From positions 753,469 to 817,468 of the forward strand of contig JAHJQF010000001.1 in the NCBI GenBank assembly GCA_018819405.1: 64,000 nt of DNA, given 5' to 3'. Below, one piece after another: positions 10,541 through 19,974 of this stretch (position 1 is its first letter; each line of letters opens with the position of its first letter). The notes under the pieces were generated by a model, which did no database searches, was not told where the DNA came from, and worked only from the letters and a program-made list of their open reading frames with translations. This DNA is from Patescibacteria group bacterium. GTDB taxonomy: Bacteria; Patescibacteriota; Patescibacteriia; UBA1558; GWA2-36-10. The position numbers and the translations under genes are program-made.

Positions 10541-11098
10541 ATGGGCATGGAAAACAAACGACTTTTTATATCTTTGCCCCTAGACCCGGTACTTGCCAAA
10601 GATATTAGCAAAAAAATACAAAACCTAAATCTGCCTGGGGATAAAATAAAATTTATACCTGAAGAACAGCTACATTTAACTCTCAAATTTTTGGGGGATA
10701 CACCACTACAAAATATACCGGCCTTGATAGACGTTTTGGAAAATATAGAGACAAATTTTGAATTTTTAGAATTAGAAATAGAAAAAACTATAATATTTAA
10801 CGAACGCCAGCCAAAAATACTGGCTATATCCCTAAAAGAAAATGAAAATCTCACTAGATTATACCAAGAGATAGAGGAGCGCCTTTTTGACGCTGGCTTA
10901 GCTCACAAAGAAATCCGAAACTTTAGACCCCATGTTACTGTCGCTCGTGTCAAAAAAAGTGCTGATTTTTCTGAATTTGAAGATTTTTTGAGCTGGCAAA
11001 TACAAAAATCTTTTAATTGCTCACATTTTGATTTACAAGAAAGCTCCCTGAGTCGTTTGGGACCAGAATATACTGTCTTACAAAGTTTTAATTTATAA
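10541..11098 (+). CDS. thpR: RNA 2',3'-cyclic phosphodiesterase (2H phosphoesterase)
   Basis: RLFISL, HLTLKFLG and PHVTVAR 2H motifs. Confidence 0.9.
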   Translation: MGMENKRLFISLPLDPVLAKDISKKIQNLNLPGDKIKFIPEEQLHLTLKFLGDTPLQNIPALIDVLENIETNFEFLELEIEKTIIFNERQPKILAISLKENENLTRLYQEIEERLFDAGLAHKEIRNFRPHVTVARVKKSADFSEFEDFLSWQIQKSFNCSHFDLQESSLSRLGPEYTVLQSFNL

Positions 11099-11136
11099 AC
11101 ACACAATTTTAATTAATTTTTAACTGCTCTAATTAG

Positions 11137-11892
11137 GTGAAAGAATATAAAATCTTAGATATAAAAGTTCAGACTATACCAGAGCACATATTAAAAATAA
11201 AGCTCCAGGATTTTTTGACTTCTTACCAGCAACATCAGATAGTAACCGCCAATCCGGAATTTGTGGTGGCTAGTCGCAAAAATGACCAATTCAAAGATAT
11301 TATAAACAACGCCAGTCTCAGCACAATTGATGGTTCTGGTATTATTATGGCCCTGCAGTTTTTGGGATATGATATTTCTTTAGACGACAGACTGACTGGT
11401 GTCAGACTCAGTGAAATATTGATTGACATGGCCGTAAATAAAAATTATAAAATTTTGTTTTGTCTGTACAGTAAAGGCATGACCAAACCCGACAAATTTT
11501 TTATGAAAATAAATGAAAAATACCCAGCCTTAGATTTTCAAGTAGCTGATGAAAAAACTGCCCTGGACAAAGCCAGATTATTCGGCCCACAAATAATCCT
11601 AGTAGGCTTCGGGGCACCAAAACAGGATATTTGGATAAATAAAAACATCTCAAAAATTCCTAGTGTCAAAATAGCAGTAGGTGTAGGCGGGACATTTGAT
11701 TATATGTCTGGTAAAATAAAGCGGGCACCCAAAATTTTTCGTAGTCTAGGACTAGAATGGTTTTGGCGATTACTTCGCCAACCTTCGCGAATTTTTAGGA
11801 TAAATCGTGCAGTAATGGTCTTTCCTTATCTTATAATAAAAGACAGAATTTTAAAGAATAAACAAAAAAAACATGGAAAAAGTACGAACTAG
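11137..11892 (+). CDS. WecB/TagA/CpsF family glycosyltransferase
   Basis: IVTANPE, DGSG, GFGAPKQD, GVGGTFD, RAP...GLEWFWRL motifs. Confidence 0.9.
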   Translation: MKEYKILDIKVQTIPEHILKIKLQDFLTSYQQHQIVTANPEFVVASRKNDQFKDIINNASLSTIDGSGIIMALQFLGYDISLDDRLTGVRLSEILIDMAVNKNYKILFCLYSKGMTKPDKFFMKINEKYPALDFQVADEKTALDKARLFGPQIILVGFGAPKQDIWINKNISKIPSVKIAVGVGGTFDYMSGKIKRAPKIFRSLGLEWFWRLLRQPSRIFRINRAVMVFPYLIIKDRILKNKQKKHGKSTN

Positions 11893-13297
11893 ATTTGCCC
11901 CCAGCCCAACTGGATTTTTACACATCGGCGGCTTGCGCACTGCCCTATACAATTTTTTATTTGCCAAAAATCAACAGGGAAAATTTTTCTTGAGAATAGA
12001 GGATACTGACCGCGAGCGCTTAGTAGAAGGCGCCCAAGAAAAATTAATTGAAGTCCTAAAAAATATGGGCCTTGATTTTGATGATGAAATAGTAGTCCAA
12101 TCCACTAGATTAAAACTATACCGCAAAGCCACCGATAAGTTAATTGAAAGCGGCCAAGCCTACTTGTGCTTTTGCTCACCAGAAAGATTGGAAAAATTAC
12201 GTGAAGATCTCAGCGCCAAAAAACAAGTACCAAAATATGACCGGGCTTGCTGCAATCTGACTAGCGAACAAATTCAACAAAAAATTAATTCCGGAATAAA
12301 GCCAGTAGTAAGGTTCAAAATACCTGACAAGCAGATTGTGGAAGCAACAGATAAAGTATATGGCAAAATTTCTGTGAAAACTCAAGATTTAGATGATTTT
12401 GTAATACTAAAATCAAATAATTTCCCGACTTATCATCTGGCCAATGTAGTAGATGACCATGATATGAGAATTACTCATGTTATTCGCGGTGAAGAATGGC
12501 TACCTTCTTTGCCAAAACATGTTTTGCTATATAATGCTCTAGGCTATGAAAAACCAAATTTTGTCCATTTACCGCTTTTGCTCAACCCTGACAAAACAAA
12601 ACTTTCCAAAAGACAAGGTGATGTGGCAGTAGAGGACTATCTGAAAAAAGGCTATCTGCCGGAAGCGCTATTAAATTATGTTTCTTTGTTAGGTTGGAAC
12701 CCCGGTAACGACCAAGAGATTTTTGTGCTCAGTGAGCTAGTGAAAAATTTTTCTTTGGATAAAGTAAATAAATCTGGCGCTATATTTGATGTAAATAAAC
12801 TAAATTGGTTTAATGCCGAATATATTCGCCTGATTATCAAACAAGCTGGCAAAAGATACGAACAGCTACTAGAGCAAACTGCTAATTTTTTGGACCATCC
12901 TGATCGTAGCAAGGATATTTTAAAATTATTTGGCAGCCGTATAAACAATCTTGCCGAACTTGGCAATATGTCCAAATTTTTATTTAAATTGCCAGAATAT
13001 CAAACCGAGCTTTTGGTATTTAAAAAAAGTGACTGGGAAAAAACCAAAAATGGACTCAATTTATCGCTGGGCGTATTGGGTAAAATATCTCACAGTGACT
13101 GGTACTTAGATAATCTTAACAATGCCTTGGAAAATATAGCCAAAAAACATAATCTTTCACCCGGTGATATTTTCTGGCCAATTAGGGTGGCTACATCAGG
13201 CTTAGACAAAAGCCCGTCGCCAACCGAGATATTAGAATTTTTGGGCAAAGAGGAAAGCTTGTCTAGGATAAAATTAGCCATAAAAAAAATGTCCTAG
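11873..13297 (+). CDS. gltX: Glutamate--tRNA ligase
   Basis: RTRFAPSPTGFLHIGG, RIEDTD, KLSKR. Confidence 0.97.
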   Translation: MEKVRTRFAPSPTGFLHIGGLRTALYNFLFAKNQQGKFFLRIEDTDRERLVEGAQEKLIEVLKNMGLDFDDEIVVQSTRLKLYRKATDKLIESGQAYLCFCSPERLEKLREDLSAKKQVPKYDRACCNLTSEQIQQKINSGIKPVVRFKIPDKQIVEATDKVYGKISVKTQDLDDFVILKSNNFPTYHLANVVDDHDMRITHVIRGEEWLPSLPKHVLLYNALGYEKPNFVHLPLLLNPDKTKLSKRQGDVAVEDYLKKGYLPEALLNYVSLLGWNPGNDQEIFVLSELVKNFSLDKVNKSGAIFDVNKLNWFNAEYIRLIIKQAGKRYEQLLEQTANFLDHPDRSKDILKLFGSRINNLAELGNMSKFLFKLPEYQTELLVFKKSDWEKTKNGLNLSLGVLGKISHSDWYLDNLNNALENIAKKHNLSPGDIFWPIRVATSGLDKSPSPTEILEFLGKEESLSRIKLAIKKMS

Positions 13298-13343
13298 AAA
13301 ATATCAGTAGAATGTGTTATAATATAAACATGCTGATAAAACC

Positions 13344-14600
13344 ATGCTACAGACAAAAATAAAAACCATTAATATTATTTACTTTGGCCTAGCCATTTTT
13401 TTGGCTGGTGTTATTTTTTTCCCAAAAAACAACACTTTAGCGGTTGAATATACTCTAGATAACCTAGAATCTGTGGAAACTTGGCAAATTAACCAGGATA
13501 TCAATGAAAAAAGATCTGAAATACAAGAGCTAAAACGACAGGTAGAAATTTATGAAAAAAATATAGCTGCCAAACAGCGTGAAATTGGTAGCCTTTCCAA
13601 CCAAATAAGCACCCTAAATGACAGTATTGCTAAAATAAATTTAGAGATTGATGCTGCAGAATTAGAGATTGAAACTTACAATCTAAAAATAGAAAATACC
13701 GAGTTAAAAATCCAAGCCAAAGAAAATGAAATCAACGAACAAAAAGAAGTATTGTCTGAGATATTGAGACAGCTCCATCGCCAACAGCAAAAAAATTCTA
13801 CTATAGAAATTTTAGTCCTAAATAATAGCTTTAGCGATTTTTTGGCTGATTTGGATCGTTTGGAAAATATGCAGGATAACATTGTATCCGGAGTAGAGGA
13901 CTTAAAAAAAATAATGATAGCCTTAGATACTGATAAGCAGAATTTGGAAGGTGAAAAATCAGAACTTGACGCTCTAAGAGGTATACTAGAAAACAAAATA
14001 GGCTCTTTGGATGACCAAAAAGTTGCTAAAAATCAGCTGATGATTGCTACTCGCGGACAAGAATCAAAATATCAACAATTATTACAACAAGCCAAAGAAG
14101 ATCAGGATCAAGTAAATAACGACATTGTTTATTTAGAAAAAGTAGCCCGAGAAAAACTTAATCGTCAATTACAACTTGAAGGTATCAGTAGTGATGGCCT
14201 GATGTGGCCGGTTGCTTCACGACGTGTGACATCTTATTTTCATGATCCAGATTATCCATACCGTAATCTTTTTGAACATCCGGCTATTGATATTGCCTCT
14301 CCACAAGGAACACCTATCCGAGCAGTGGAGTCAGGCTATGTGGCCAAGACAAGGGACGGCGGAAAGACCGGCTATAGCTATATTATGCTAGTCCATGGTA
14401 ATGGTTTATCATCTGTATATGGACACATAAATATTATATCTTGTACTGAAGATCAATTTGTATCCAAAGGTGATATCATAGGTTATAGTGGCGGTATGCC
14501 AGGCACCAACGGTTCTGGACCTCTTACCACCGGGCCTCATCTTCATTTGGAAATTCGTTTAAATGGCGTACCAGTCAATCCACTTAATTATCTACCATAA
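13344..14600 (+). CDS. Coiled-coil M23 peptidase (EnvC/murein hydrolase activator-like)
   Basis: Signal/TM, long coiled coil, HPAIDI, YGH and TGPHLHLEIR motifs. Confidence 0.9.
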   Translation: MLQTKIKTINIIYFGLAIFLAGVIFFPKNNTLAVEYTLDNLESVETWQINQDINEKRSEIQELKRQVEIYEKNIAAKQREIGSLSNQISTLNDSIAKINLEIDAAELEIETYNLKIENTELKIQAKENEINEQKEVLSEILRQLHRQQQKNSTIEILVLNNSFSDFLADLDRLENMQDNIVSGVEDLKKIMIALDTDKQNLEGEKSELDALRGILENKIGSLDDQKVAKNQLMIATRGQESKYQQLLQQAKEDQDQVNNDIVYLEKVAREKLNRQLQLEGISSDGLMWPVASRRVTSYFHDPDYPYRNLFEHPAIDIASPQGTPIRAVESGYVAKTRDGGKTGYSYIMLVHGNGLSSVYGHINIISCTEDQFVSKGDIIGYSGGMPGTNGSGPLTTGPHLHLEIRLNGVPVNPLNYLP

Positions 14601-14622
14601 ATTTACTTAATATAAAGAAAAG

Positions 14623-14649
14623 AAAAGCCCTTGACAAAGGGCTTTTTTT
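14623..14649 (+). terminator. Intrinsic terminator of the M23 gene; TTGACA of the next promoter spans its loop
   Basis: aaaagccctt-gac-aaagggcttttttt. Confidence 0.75.
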
Positions 14650-14659
14650 ATGGTACCTT
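14631..14659 (+). promoter_or_regulatory. Sigma70 promoter TTGACA-N14-TGg-TACCTT
   Basis: 17-bp spacer, extended -10 TG; directly upstream of a GC-rich structured segment. Confidence 0.6.
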
Positions 14660-14664
14660 ACTTT

Positions 14665-14892
14665 TTGCTCTGACTCTTCAGGGCAATGTCAACGTTCGTT
14701 TCGGGTGCAAATCTTTGTGGCTCGTGCTATTCTCCTATAGACCTTCTGAATTTGTTCAGAAGACAAACTGTAGCTAGAATCGCGGCTTGACGAGGATTCA
14801 CCATAATCCCGCTTGCGGGACGCCAACATCTTTGTCTGACATCAGTCACACGGATGTGCTGGGAGAGTGCGTAAAGCTCTCCCTATTTTTTT
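14665..14892 (+). ncRNA. Structured ncRNA, candidate 6S (SsrS)-like RNA
   Basis: 5' hairpin, long irregular rod 14704-14802 (ggtg/cacc, aatctttgt/acgaggatt, attct/agaat, tatag/ctgta, cttctgaa/ttcagaag), side hairpin tcccgc/gcggga, and terminator gggagag/ctctccc + T-run. Confidence 0.5.
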
Positions 14893-14907
14893 GCTAAATT
14901 TTGATAT

Positions 14908-15075
14908 AAAAAAAGGGGGGTCGCGATCGAGATTGACTCGTTCGCGACCCCCAAGTCAGGTCGTCATAGGCACACCTTCCTAGTTTGCCCTTCAGACAGG
15001 ACTTGTGATTGCTCTGACCTCGAGACCTCTTAGAACCATTTGGTTCCAAAAAAGGACCATCAAAGGTCCACAGCT
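14908..15075 (-). ncRNA. Putative structured small RNA, unknown family
   Basis: TTGACA-N17-TTAAAT upstream (15081-15109); two 5' hairpins (GGACC/GGTCC, GGAACC/GGTTCT); strong terminator gggggtcgcga...tcgcgacccccc + T7; no ORF over 60 aa. Confidence 0.45.
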
Positions 15076-15138
15076 TATATATTTAAGCATATATTATAAT
15101 ATTTGTCAAATTTATAATCCTATTTTAGCTAGAATTAG

Positions 15139-16095
15139 CTATTTTTTAAGAGGGTGAAACTTAGTGTGGACCTTCTCAGCATATCTATCTGAGGCATGAA
15201 CATAGCGAGTAGTAGTGTCGAGTGACTCATGACCTAGTAGTATCTGAATTGCTGCTGGATTGGCACCATTTTCTGCCAAATAGGTAGCAAAAGCATGTCT
15301 GAGCGAATGAGCTGAAATTGGTATATTGATAGAGAGGAGTTCGCGATAGCGTTTTATTTTGTACTGCAAATAGTTGGTAGATATTTTTTTGTGTTTATCA
15401 CTATTATTGCGGCCGCGGTAGGGTATAAATAGATATGGCGCGTCGTCATGACGAGTTTTAAGATAAGCATTAATAAAATTTATGGCTCGAGCTGTCAAAT
15501 AGACAAAACGCTGTTTCTTACCTTTACCCATAATATAAATTCGTCCAGTTTGATCAAGCTGCTGACGCTTGAGAGACAATAATTCTGAGATACGCATTCC
15601 AGTAGCAAATAGAGTTTCTAGCATGGCGCGGTTACGCAAAGCAATATTGGCATCTTTTTCAAATTTGGATGGAGCTTCTATCAATTTAATAAGCTCGGCC
15701 ATTTCTGGCACCTGACCGTGTTTTTTTTCAGTCTTAAGAAGCTTGATAGCATCAGCGGTCACTGGTACTTTATAATCCATGTCCACCAAAAATTTTAAAT
15801 ATGCGCGCAGAGATGACAAAATTCTATTTATACTATAACTTGATAATTGTCCGTGACCCTTATGGTCTAAAGCGGTATGACGAGAAGTAGAGGAGAGGTA
15901 GGCTTTGAATTTTAGTATTTCCCTTTTGCTAATTTTATTAAAAGCACAATTGACATCGTCTGACAAAAAATTTTCAAAAGTATTTAAGTCCCGTTCATAA
16001 TTGTAGACTGTCTCAGCAGAGTAGTTGTTGCTCTGAATATTTATCAGAAACTCGTCCAAGAGGGGAAGGGTGTGTTTGTTTTTCTTGTTTGCCAT
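15139..16095 (-). CDS. XerC/XerD-family tyrosine recombinase
   Basis: SAM-like N-domain; RNRAMLETLFATGMRISEL, GKGKKQR, HSLRHAFAT, LLGHESLDTTTRY catalytic set. Confidence 0.93.
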   Translation of the reverse strand: MANKKNKHTLPLLDEFLINIQSNNYSAETVYNYERDLNTFENFLSDDVNCAFNKISKREILKFKAYLSSTSRHTALDHKGHGQLSSYSINRILSSLRAYLKFLVDMDYKVPVTADAIKLLKTEKKHGQVPEMAELIKLIEAPSKFEKDANIALRNRAMLETLFATGMRISELLSLKRQQLDQTGRIYIMGKGKKQRFVYLTARAINFINAYLKTRHDDAPYLFIPYRGRNNSDKHKKISTNYLQYKIKRYRELLSINIPISAHSLRHAFATYLAENGANPAAIQILLGHESLDTTTRYVHASDRYAEKVHTKFHPLKK

Positions 16096-16101
16096 GTTTA
16101 T

Positions 16102-16130
16102 ATTATATATTAGCAGTTTTACTATGTCAA
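16102..16130 (-). promoter_or_regulatory. Consensus sigma70 promoter of xer (TTGACA-N17-TATAAT), leaderless start
   Basis: TTGACA tagtaaaactgctaata TATAAT ataaac ATG. Confidence 0.75.
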
Positions 16131-16158
16131 ATTGAGTGTAAGAGTTATTATACTCAGT
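16131..16158. other. dif-like Xer recombination/binding site
   Basis: ATTGAGTGTAA-GAGTTA-TTATACTCAGT: 11-6-11 geometry, TAA/TTA inner ends, arms 9/11 inverted-complementary; directly upstream of the xer gene. Confidence 0.6.
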
Positions 16159-16181
16159 TCATAATATCAATAATAAAACAG

Positions 16182-17006
16182 CTATTTAAAATAAACCTTA
16201 TCCCCGAAGCGTATGTCTATATAATCTATATCTACACCTGCTATATTTTCTGTCAGTACTTTATTCAAATTATCCAGCTGTCCAGCTATGTCTTCGTCCT
16301 TATCTACTTTGACATAAAAACCAAGCTTGGTATACAACTCTATAGACCAATCATTATATATAACAATTTTGTTGAGTTTGATATTGGCATCTATTATATC
16401 ATTCCAGCCCAAATATAGCTGATTAACAATATCTACCTCCTGGTCTGTAAATATTTTATCATCAAGCGGCCTATAATCACGTTTATCCTCTAAAATAAGG
16501 TATTTTTCATCCAAAGCGTTTATTTGGCGATTTAAGATGCCTTTGGCATCCAATAGGTATAATGAGTCATCTTTGGACCAAATAAAGTATGAAATTTTCT
16601 CTTTAACCGTTACCAGTAGCTTGTCCGGAAACTTTTTTTGAACTGTTGCTTGATCTAAATTAAATTTTTCTATTAGCTGTCCAGCTAGCGGCTCGGTATT
16701 TAATAAAAAATAATTATTATTTTTAAAAAATAAAAACTTATTACCAGATAATGCCGGTTCTAATGCTTCTGAGACCTCGTCATAGCTCAAATCATTATTA
16801 CCGCTTAGTTCTATATTATCTATTTTTAAATATGGGGCTTGAAAAATACTTTGGATAAGTAATATTACCAGAATTATCCAAATAATTTTGACAACTTTTT
16901 TACGACTGACATTTTTTTGCTCACTATAATAGCCCCGTTGGACCCTACTAGGACGCCCTGGTAAATGCCTTTGCCATGTTTTTTTTGTCTTAATTTGACC
17001 TACCAT
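16182..17006 (-). CDS. ftsQ: Cell division protein FtsQ/DivIB (POTRA)
   Basis: Single TM, POTRA-like KIDNIELSGN...KKFPDKLLVTVKE, C-terminal YIDIRFGDKVYFK. Confidence 0.8.
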   Translation of the reverse strand: MVGQIKTKKTWQRHLPGRPSRVQRGYYSEQKNVSRKKVVKIIWIILVILLIQSIFQAPYLKIDNIELSGNNDLSYDEVSEALEPALSGNKFLFFKNNNYFLLNTEPLAGQLIEKFNLDQATVQKKFPDKLLVTVKEKISYFIWSKDDSLYLLDAKGILNRQINALDEKYLILEDKRDYRPLDDKIFTDQEVDIVNQLYLGWNDIIDANIKLNKIVIYNDWSIELYTKLGFYVKVDKDEDIAGQLDNLNKVLTENIAGVDIDYIDIRFGDKVYFK

Positions 17007-17057
17007 CTTACTCTCCTCTGAAATTAGTCATTATATATGTGTCGTAAAACATTAAAT

Positions 17058-18152
17058 TTAAACTATTATGCGCGGTAATTTATTATTTATTTTAGTGACC
17101 ACTTCATAATTAATAGTCTGAGAATGTTTGGCAATATCTTCAGCACTAATACTTTGTTGACCGTCTACACCCAAAACCGTCACTATATCCCCTATTTTAG
17201 CCTCTAAGCCACTAATATCAACCATACTTAGATTCATACATATATTACCTCTTATGAGGCATTTATGACCATTTACTAACATTTGCCCCTGATTAGATAA
17301 TGAGCGACTATAACCTTCGTTGTAGCCAAAGGGCACGACAGCAATCTGGCAATCTTTGTCGCATCTGTATGTACGATTGTAGCCGATTGTATCCCCAGCT
17401 TGTAAATCTTTTATTTGAATTATTTTTGTCTTTACTGACATAACTGGCTTGAGCTCTAATCCTAGTTTTTTGCCACGCTGATAAGTAGCCTTGCTTGGCC
17501 ATAGACCGTAAGTAGACAGTCCAAGTCTGATAATATCAGCTTGACTATGAGGCATACTAATACTAGCAGCCGAACAAGCAGCGTGAATTTTCAGACCTGG
17601 TGCAGATTGAGATATTGATGACAATGTGTTCCACTGCTCATTTGAAAAGGCCAAATCTTCTGATTCTGATTCTGCAAAGTGGGTATATATACTATTTAGC
17701 TTAAGATTTTTTTTATTTTTAATATAATCAATTGCTTTATTTGCATCGTTCTCTAAAAATCCTAAACGCGATGTCCCAGTGTCAATTTTTAAATTAACTA
17801 AAAATTCTTTAGCGAAGCTATCGAGATAATCAATAGTTTCAAAATCATAAATTGGTAATGATATTTTATATTTACTAGCCTTTACTAAATCTGCCTCTAC
17901 TCTATCAAAATAACTAAGCACCATAACCGGTTTATCAGAAATGTTTTTTACTTCCAATGCCTCGGACAAATTTACCACCATGAATCCGGTGGTAAATTTG
18001 TCTTTATCTAAAAGGCTGACTATTTCTTTGAGGCCGTGACCGTAGGCATTACTTTTTACTACTGGCCATATTTGAGAATCAGGAGTTATTTTTTTAAACT
18101 GAGCTATATTATGATAAAGATTTTCTTTGTTTATTTCTACCCAATTTATCAT
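17058..18152 (-). CDS. alr: Alanine racemase
   Basis: VVKSNAYGHG PLP lysine, KIDTGTSRLG, GNICMN, TINYEV. Confidence 0.95.
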   Translation of the reverse strand: MINWVEINKENLYHNIAQFKKITPDSQIWPVVKSNAYGHGLKEIVSLLDKDKFTTGFMVVNLSEALEVKNISDKPVMVLSYFDRVEADLVKASKYKISLPIYDFETIDYLDSFAKEFLVNLKIDTGTSRLGFLENDANKAIDYIKNKKNLKLNSIYTHFAESESEDLAFSNEQWNTLSSISQSAPGLKIHAACSAASISMPHSQADIIRLGLSTYGLWPSKATYQRGKKLGLELKPVMSVKTKIIQIKDLQAGDTIGYNRTYRCDKDCQIAVVPFGYNEGYSRSLSNQGQMLVNGHKCLIRGNICMNLSMVDISGLEAKIGDIVTVLGVDGQQSISAEDIAKHSQTINYEVVTKINNKLPRIIV

Positions 18153-19399
18153 TATTTTTTAAAAACTTTTTTATTCAGATATTTCTGCAAAACTTTTGGC
18201 ACTTCAACACTACCATCTTTTTTCTGATACTGCTCCAAAATTGCCGGAAAGATTCGACTGGTAGCCAAGCCAGAGGCATTCAAAGTATGGACAAATTTAT
18301 TTTTGCCATCTGCATCTTTGAATCTAACATTACCTCGTCTAGCTTGATATTCTAGGGCATTGGATACACTGGAAACTTCTTTATATATGCCCATGCTTGG
18401 TATCCACACCTCTATATCAACGGTTTTAGCCATGGCTGAGCTACAGTCACCAGCTGCCAACTGGACTGTATTGTAATGAAGACCTAAACCTTCTACCAAC
18501 TGTTCGGCATAACTTACTAGCTCGTCAAAAGATTTCCAAGAATCTTCTGGTCTGGTAAAGTGAAACATTTCAATTTTGTTGAACTGATGACCACGGATCA
18601 TACCCCTCTCCTCTGTCCGATAAGCTCCGGCCTCACGTCTAAAACAAGTTGAAAATGCAAAATATTTTTTTGGTAAATCTTTGACCTCTAATATTTCTCC
18701 GACATGATAATTGCCAAGCATCATTTCACTAGTTGCATTGAGGCACAACTTATCGTCCTCTGTCCAAAACAAATCTTCTTTGAATTTTGGCAAATGACCT
18801 GAAATAAAAGCGGAATCTTTATTTAATAGATATGGCGGAATCATAAAACTGTATTCTGGATGACTACGATGAAAATCAATAAAATAATTTAGAAGCGCCC
18901 ACTCAAGAAGTGCTCCATCTCCAGTATAAGCCCAAAAACCAGCCCCAGACATTCTGGCGGCTCTTTTATAATCTATCAGGCCTAAACTAGTGGCTAATTC
19001 TACATGGTCTTTTATTTCAAAATCAAATTTTGGTTGTTTTTGAAAAGTCTTTATAATTTTATTATTTTCTTTACCACCAGATACTACATCATCGGCTGGT
19101 AGATTTGGTAAAGCGGACAAACGTTCGGTTAGTTCATTTTCTAGTTTAGCCAAATCATCATCAAATTTTTTTATTTTAATACCCAATGATTTCATCTTCT
19201 CAATAGTATTTTTATCAGGCTTTGTCTTTGAGGCCTGATTACGCTTGGCTTGTAAATCTTCTTTGTCCGCCAAAAGCTGTCGGCGATTTTCATCAAGTTT
19301 GATAATAGTATCCAAATCCAGATTTTTTTTGTCCATACGCTTAAGTAGGGCTATTTCTACAGCTTTTTTATTTTCAGCAATATACCTTATATCCAACAT
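18152..19399 (-). CDS. serS: Serine--tRNA ligase
   Basis: MLDIRYI coiled-coil arm, CFRREAG, GHQFNKIE, HTLNASGLA. Confidence 0.97.
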   Translation of the reverse strand: MLDIRYIAENKKAVEIALLKRMDKKNLDLDTIIKLDENRRQLLADKEDLQAKRNQASKTKPDKNTIEKMKSLGIKIKKFDDDLAKLENELTERLSALPNLPADDVVSGGKENNKIIKTFQKQPKFDFEIKDHVELATSLGLIDYKRAARMSGAGFWAYTGDGALLEWALLNYFIDFHRSHPEYSFMIPPYLLNKDSAFISGHLPKFKEDLFWTEDDKLCLNATSEMMLGNYHVGEILEVKDLPKKYFAFSTCFRREAGAYRTEERGMIRGHQFNKIEMFHFTRPEDSWKSFDELVSYAEQLVEGLGLHYNTVQLAAGDCSSAMAKTVDIEVWIPSMGIYKEVSSVSNALEYQARRGNVRFKDADGKNKFVHTLNASGLATSRIFPAILEQYQKKDGSVEVPKVLQKYLNKKVFKK

Positions 19400-19404
19400 A
19401 AATT

Positions 19405-19974
19405 TTATCTTATTATTATTTTTTTTATATAATCTCCTTGAGTGATTTTATCTACCACATCCTGACCTTCAATCACTCGTCCAAATATAGTGTGTTTGCC
19501 ATCAAGCCACGGCGTAGCTTTGTGGGTGATAAAAAATTGTGAACCATTGGTATTTGGTCCAGTATTAGCCATAGATAGTACACCTGGCCCATTGTGCTTG
19601 AGATTTGGATGAAATTCATCAGCTATAGTATAACCTGGTCCGCCAGTGCCAGCGATTGGCAAACCACTATCATCTGGAGTATAAACAAAATCTTTACCCG
19701 CTTTACCTTTTGTTTGGGGGTCGCCAGTCTGAATCATAAAATCTTTTATCACCCGATGAAATTTGACATCATCATAAAAACCTTTGTCAGCTAACTTTAC
19801 AAAATTTTCTACCGTAACAGGTACTTTATCATAAAACAAAGCTACCTTAATGTCACCTTTGTTAGTTTTTATAATTGCTTCTTCCATAGTGATTTTTCGC
19901 CCAGGGTAGGCCATCATCAAAAGTATGGCTACTAAAACTGCCCCAAATATTATATATGTATTTCGTTTATCCAT
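19405..19974 (-). CDS. Cyclophilin-type peptidyl-prolyl isomerase with N-terminal anchor
   Basis: [43 protein letters not shown]. Confidence 0.95.
   Translation of the reverse strand: MDKRNTYIIFGAVLVAILLMMAYPGRKITMEEAIIKTNKGDIKVALFYDKVPVTVENFVKLADKGFYDDVKFHRVIKDFMIQTGDPQTKGKAGKDFVYTPDDSGLPIAGTGGPGYTIADEFHPNLKHNGPGVLSMANTGPNTNGSQFFITHKATPWLDGKHTIFGRVIEGQDVVDKITQGDYIKKIIIR

Noticed and set aside
14686-14790. 34-codon ORF with CGSC inside the rod-shaped RNA
   Set aside because: No SD, and the extensive pairing is better explained by an RNA; kept only as an alternative.
14960-15000. GGGCAAAC on the minus strand suggesting a c-di-GMP-I riboswitch
   Set aside because: The GAAA tetraloop and GCAAAG elements are missing and no gene lies downstream.
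15139-16095. Integron integrase or prophage integrase
   Set aside because: No IntI-specific insertion, no phage genes and a housekeeping context; best read as chromosomal Xer.
14600-16200. Replication terminus inferred from converging gene orientation
   Set aside because: Hand-sampled lines were mostly C>=G on the + strand on both sides, so no skew inversion could be shown.
16089-16418. 109-aa plus-strand ORF
   Set aside because: Antisense to ftsQ and the xer promoter, with composition typical of a spurious frame.
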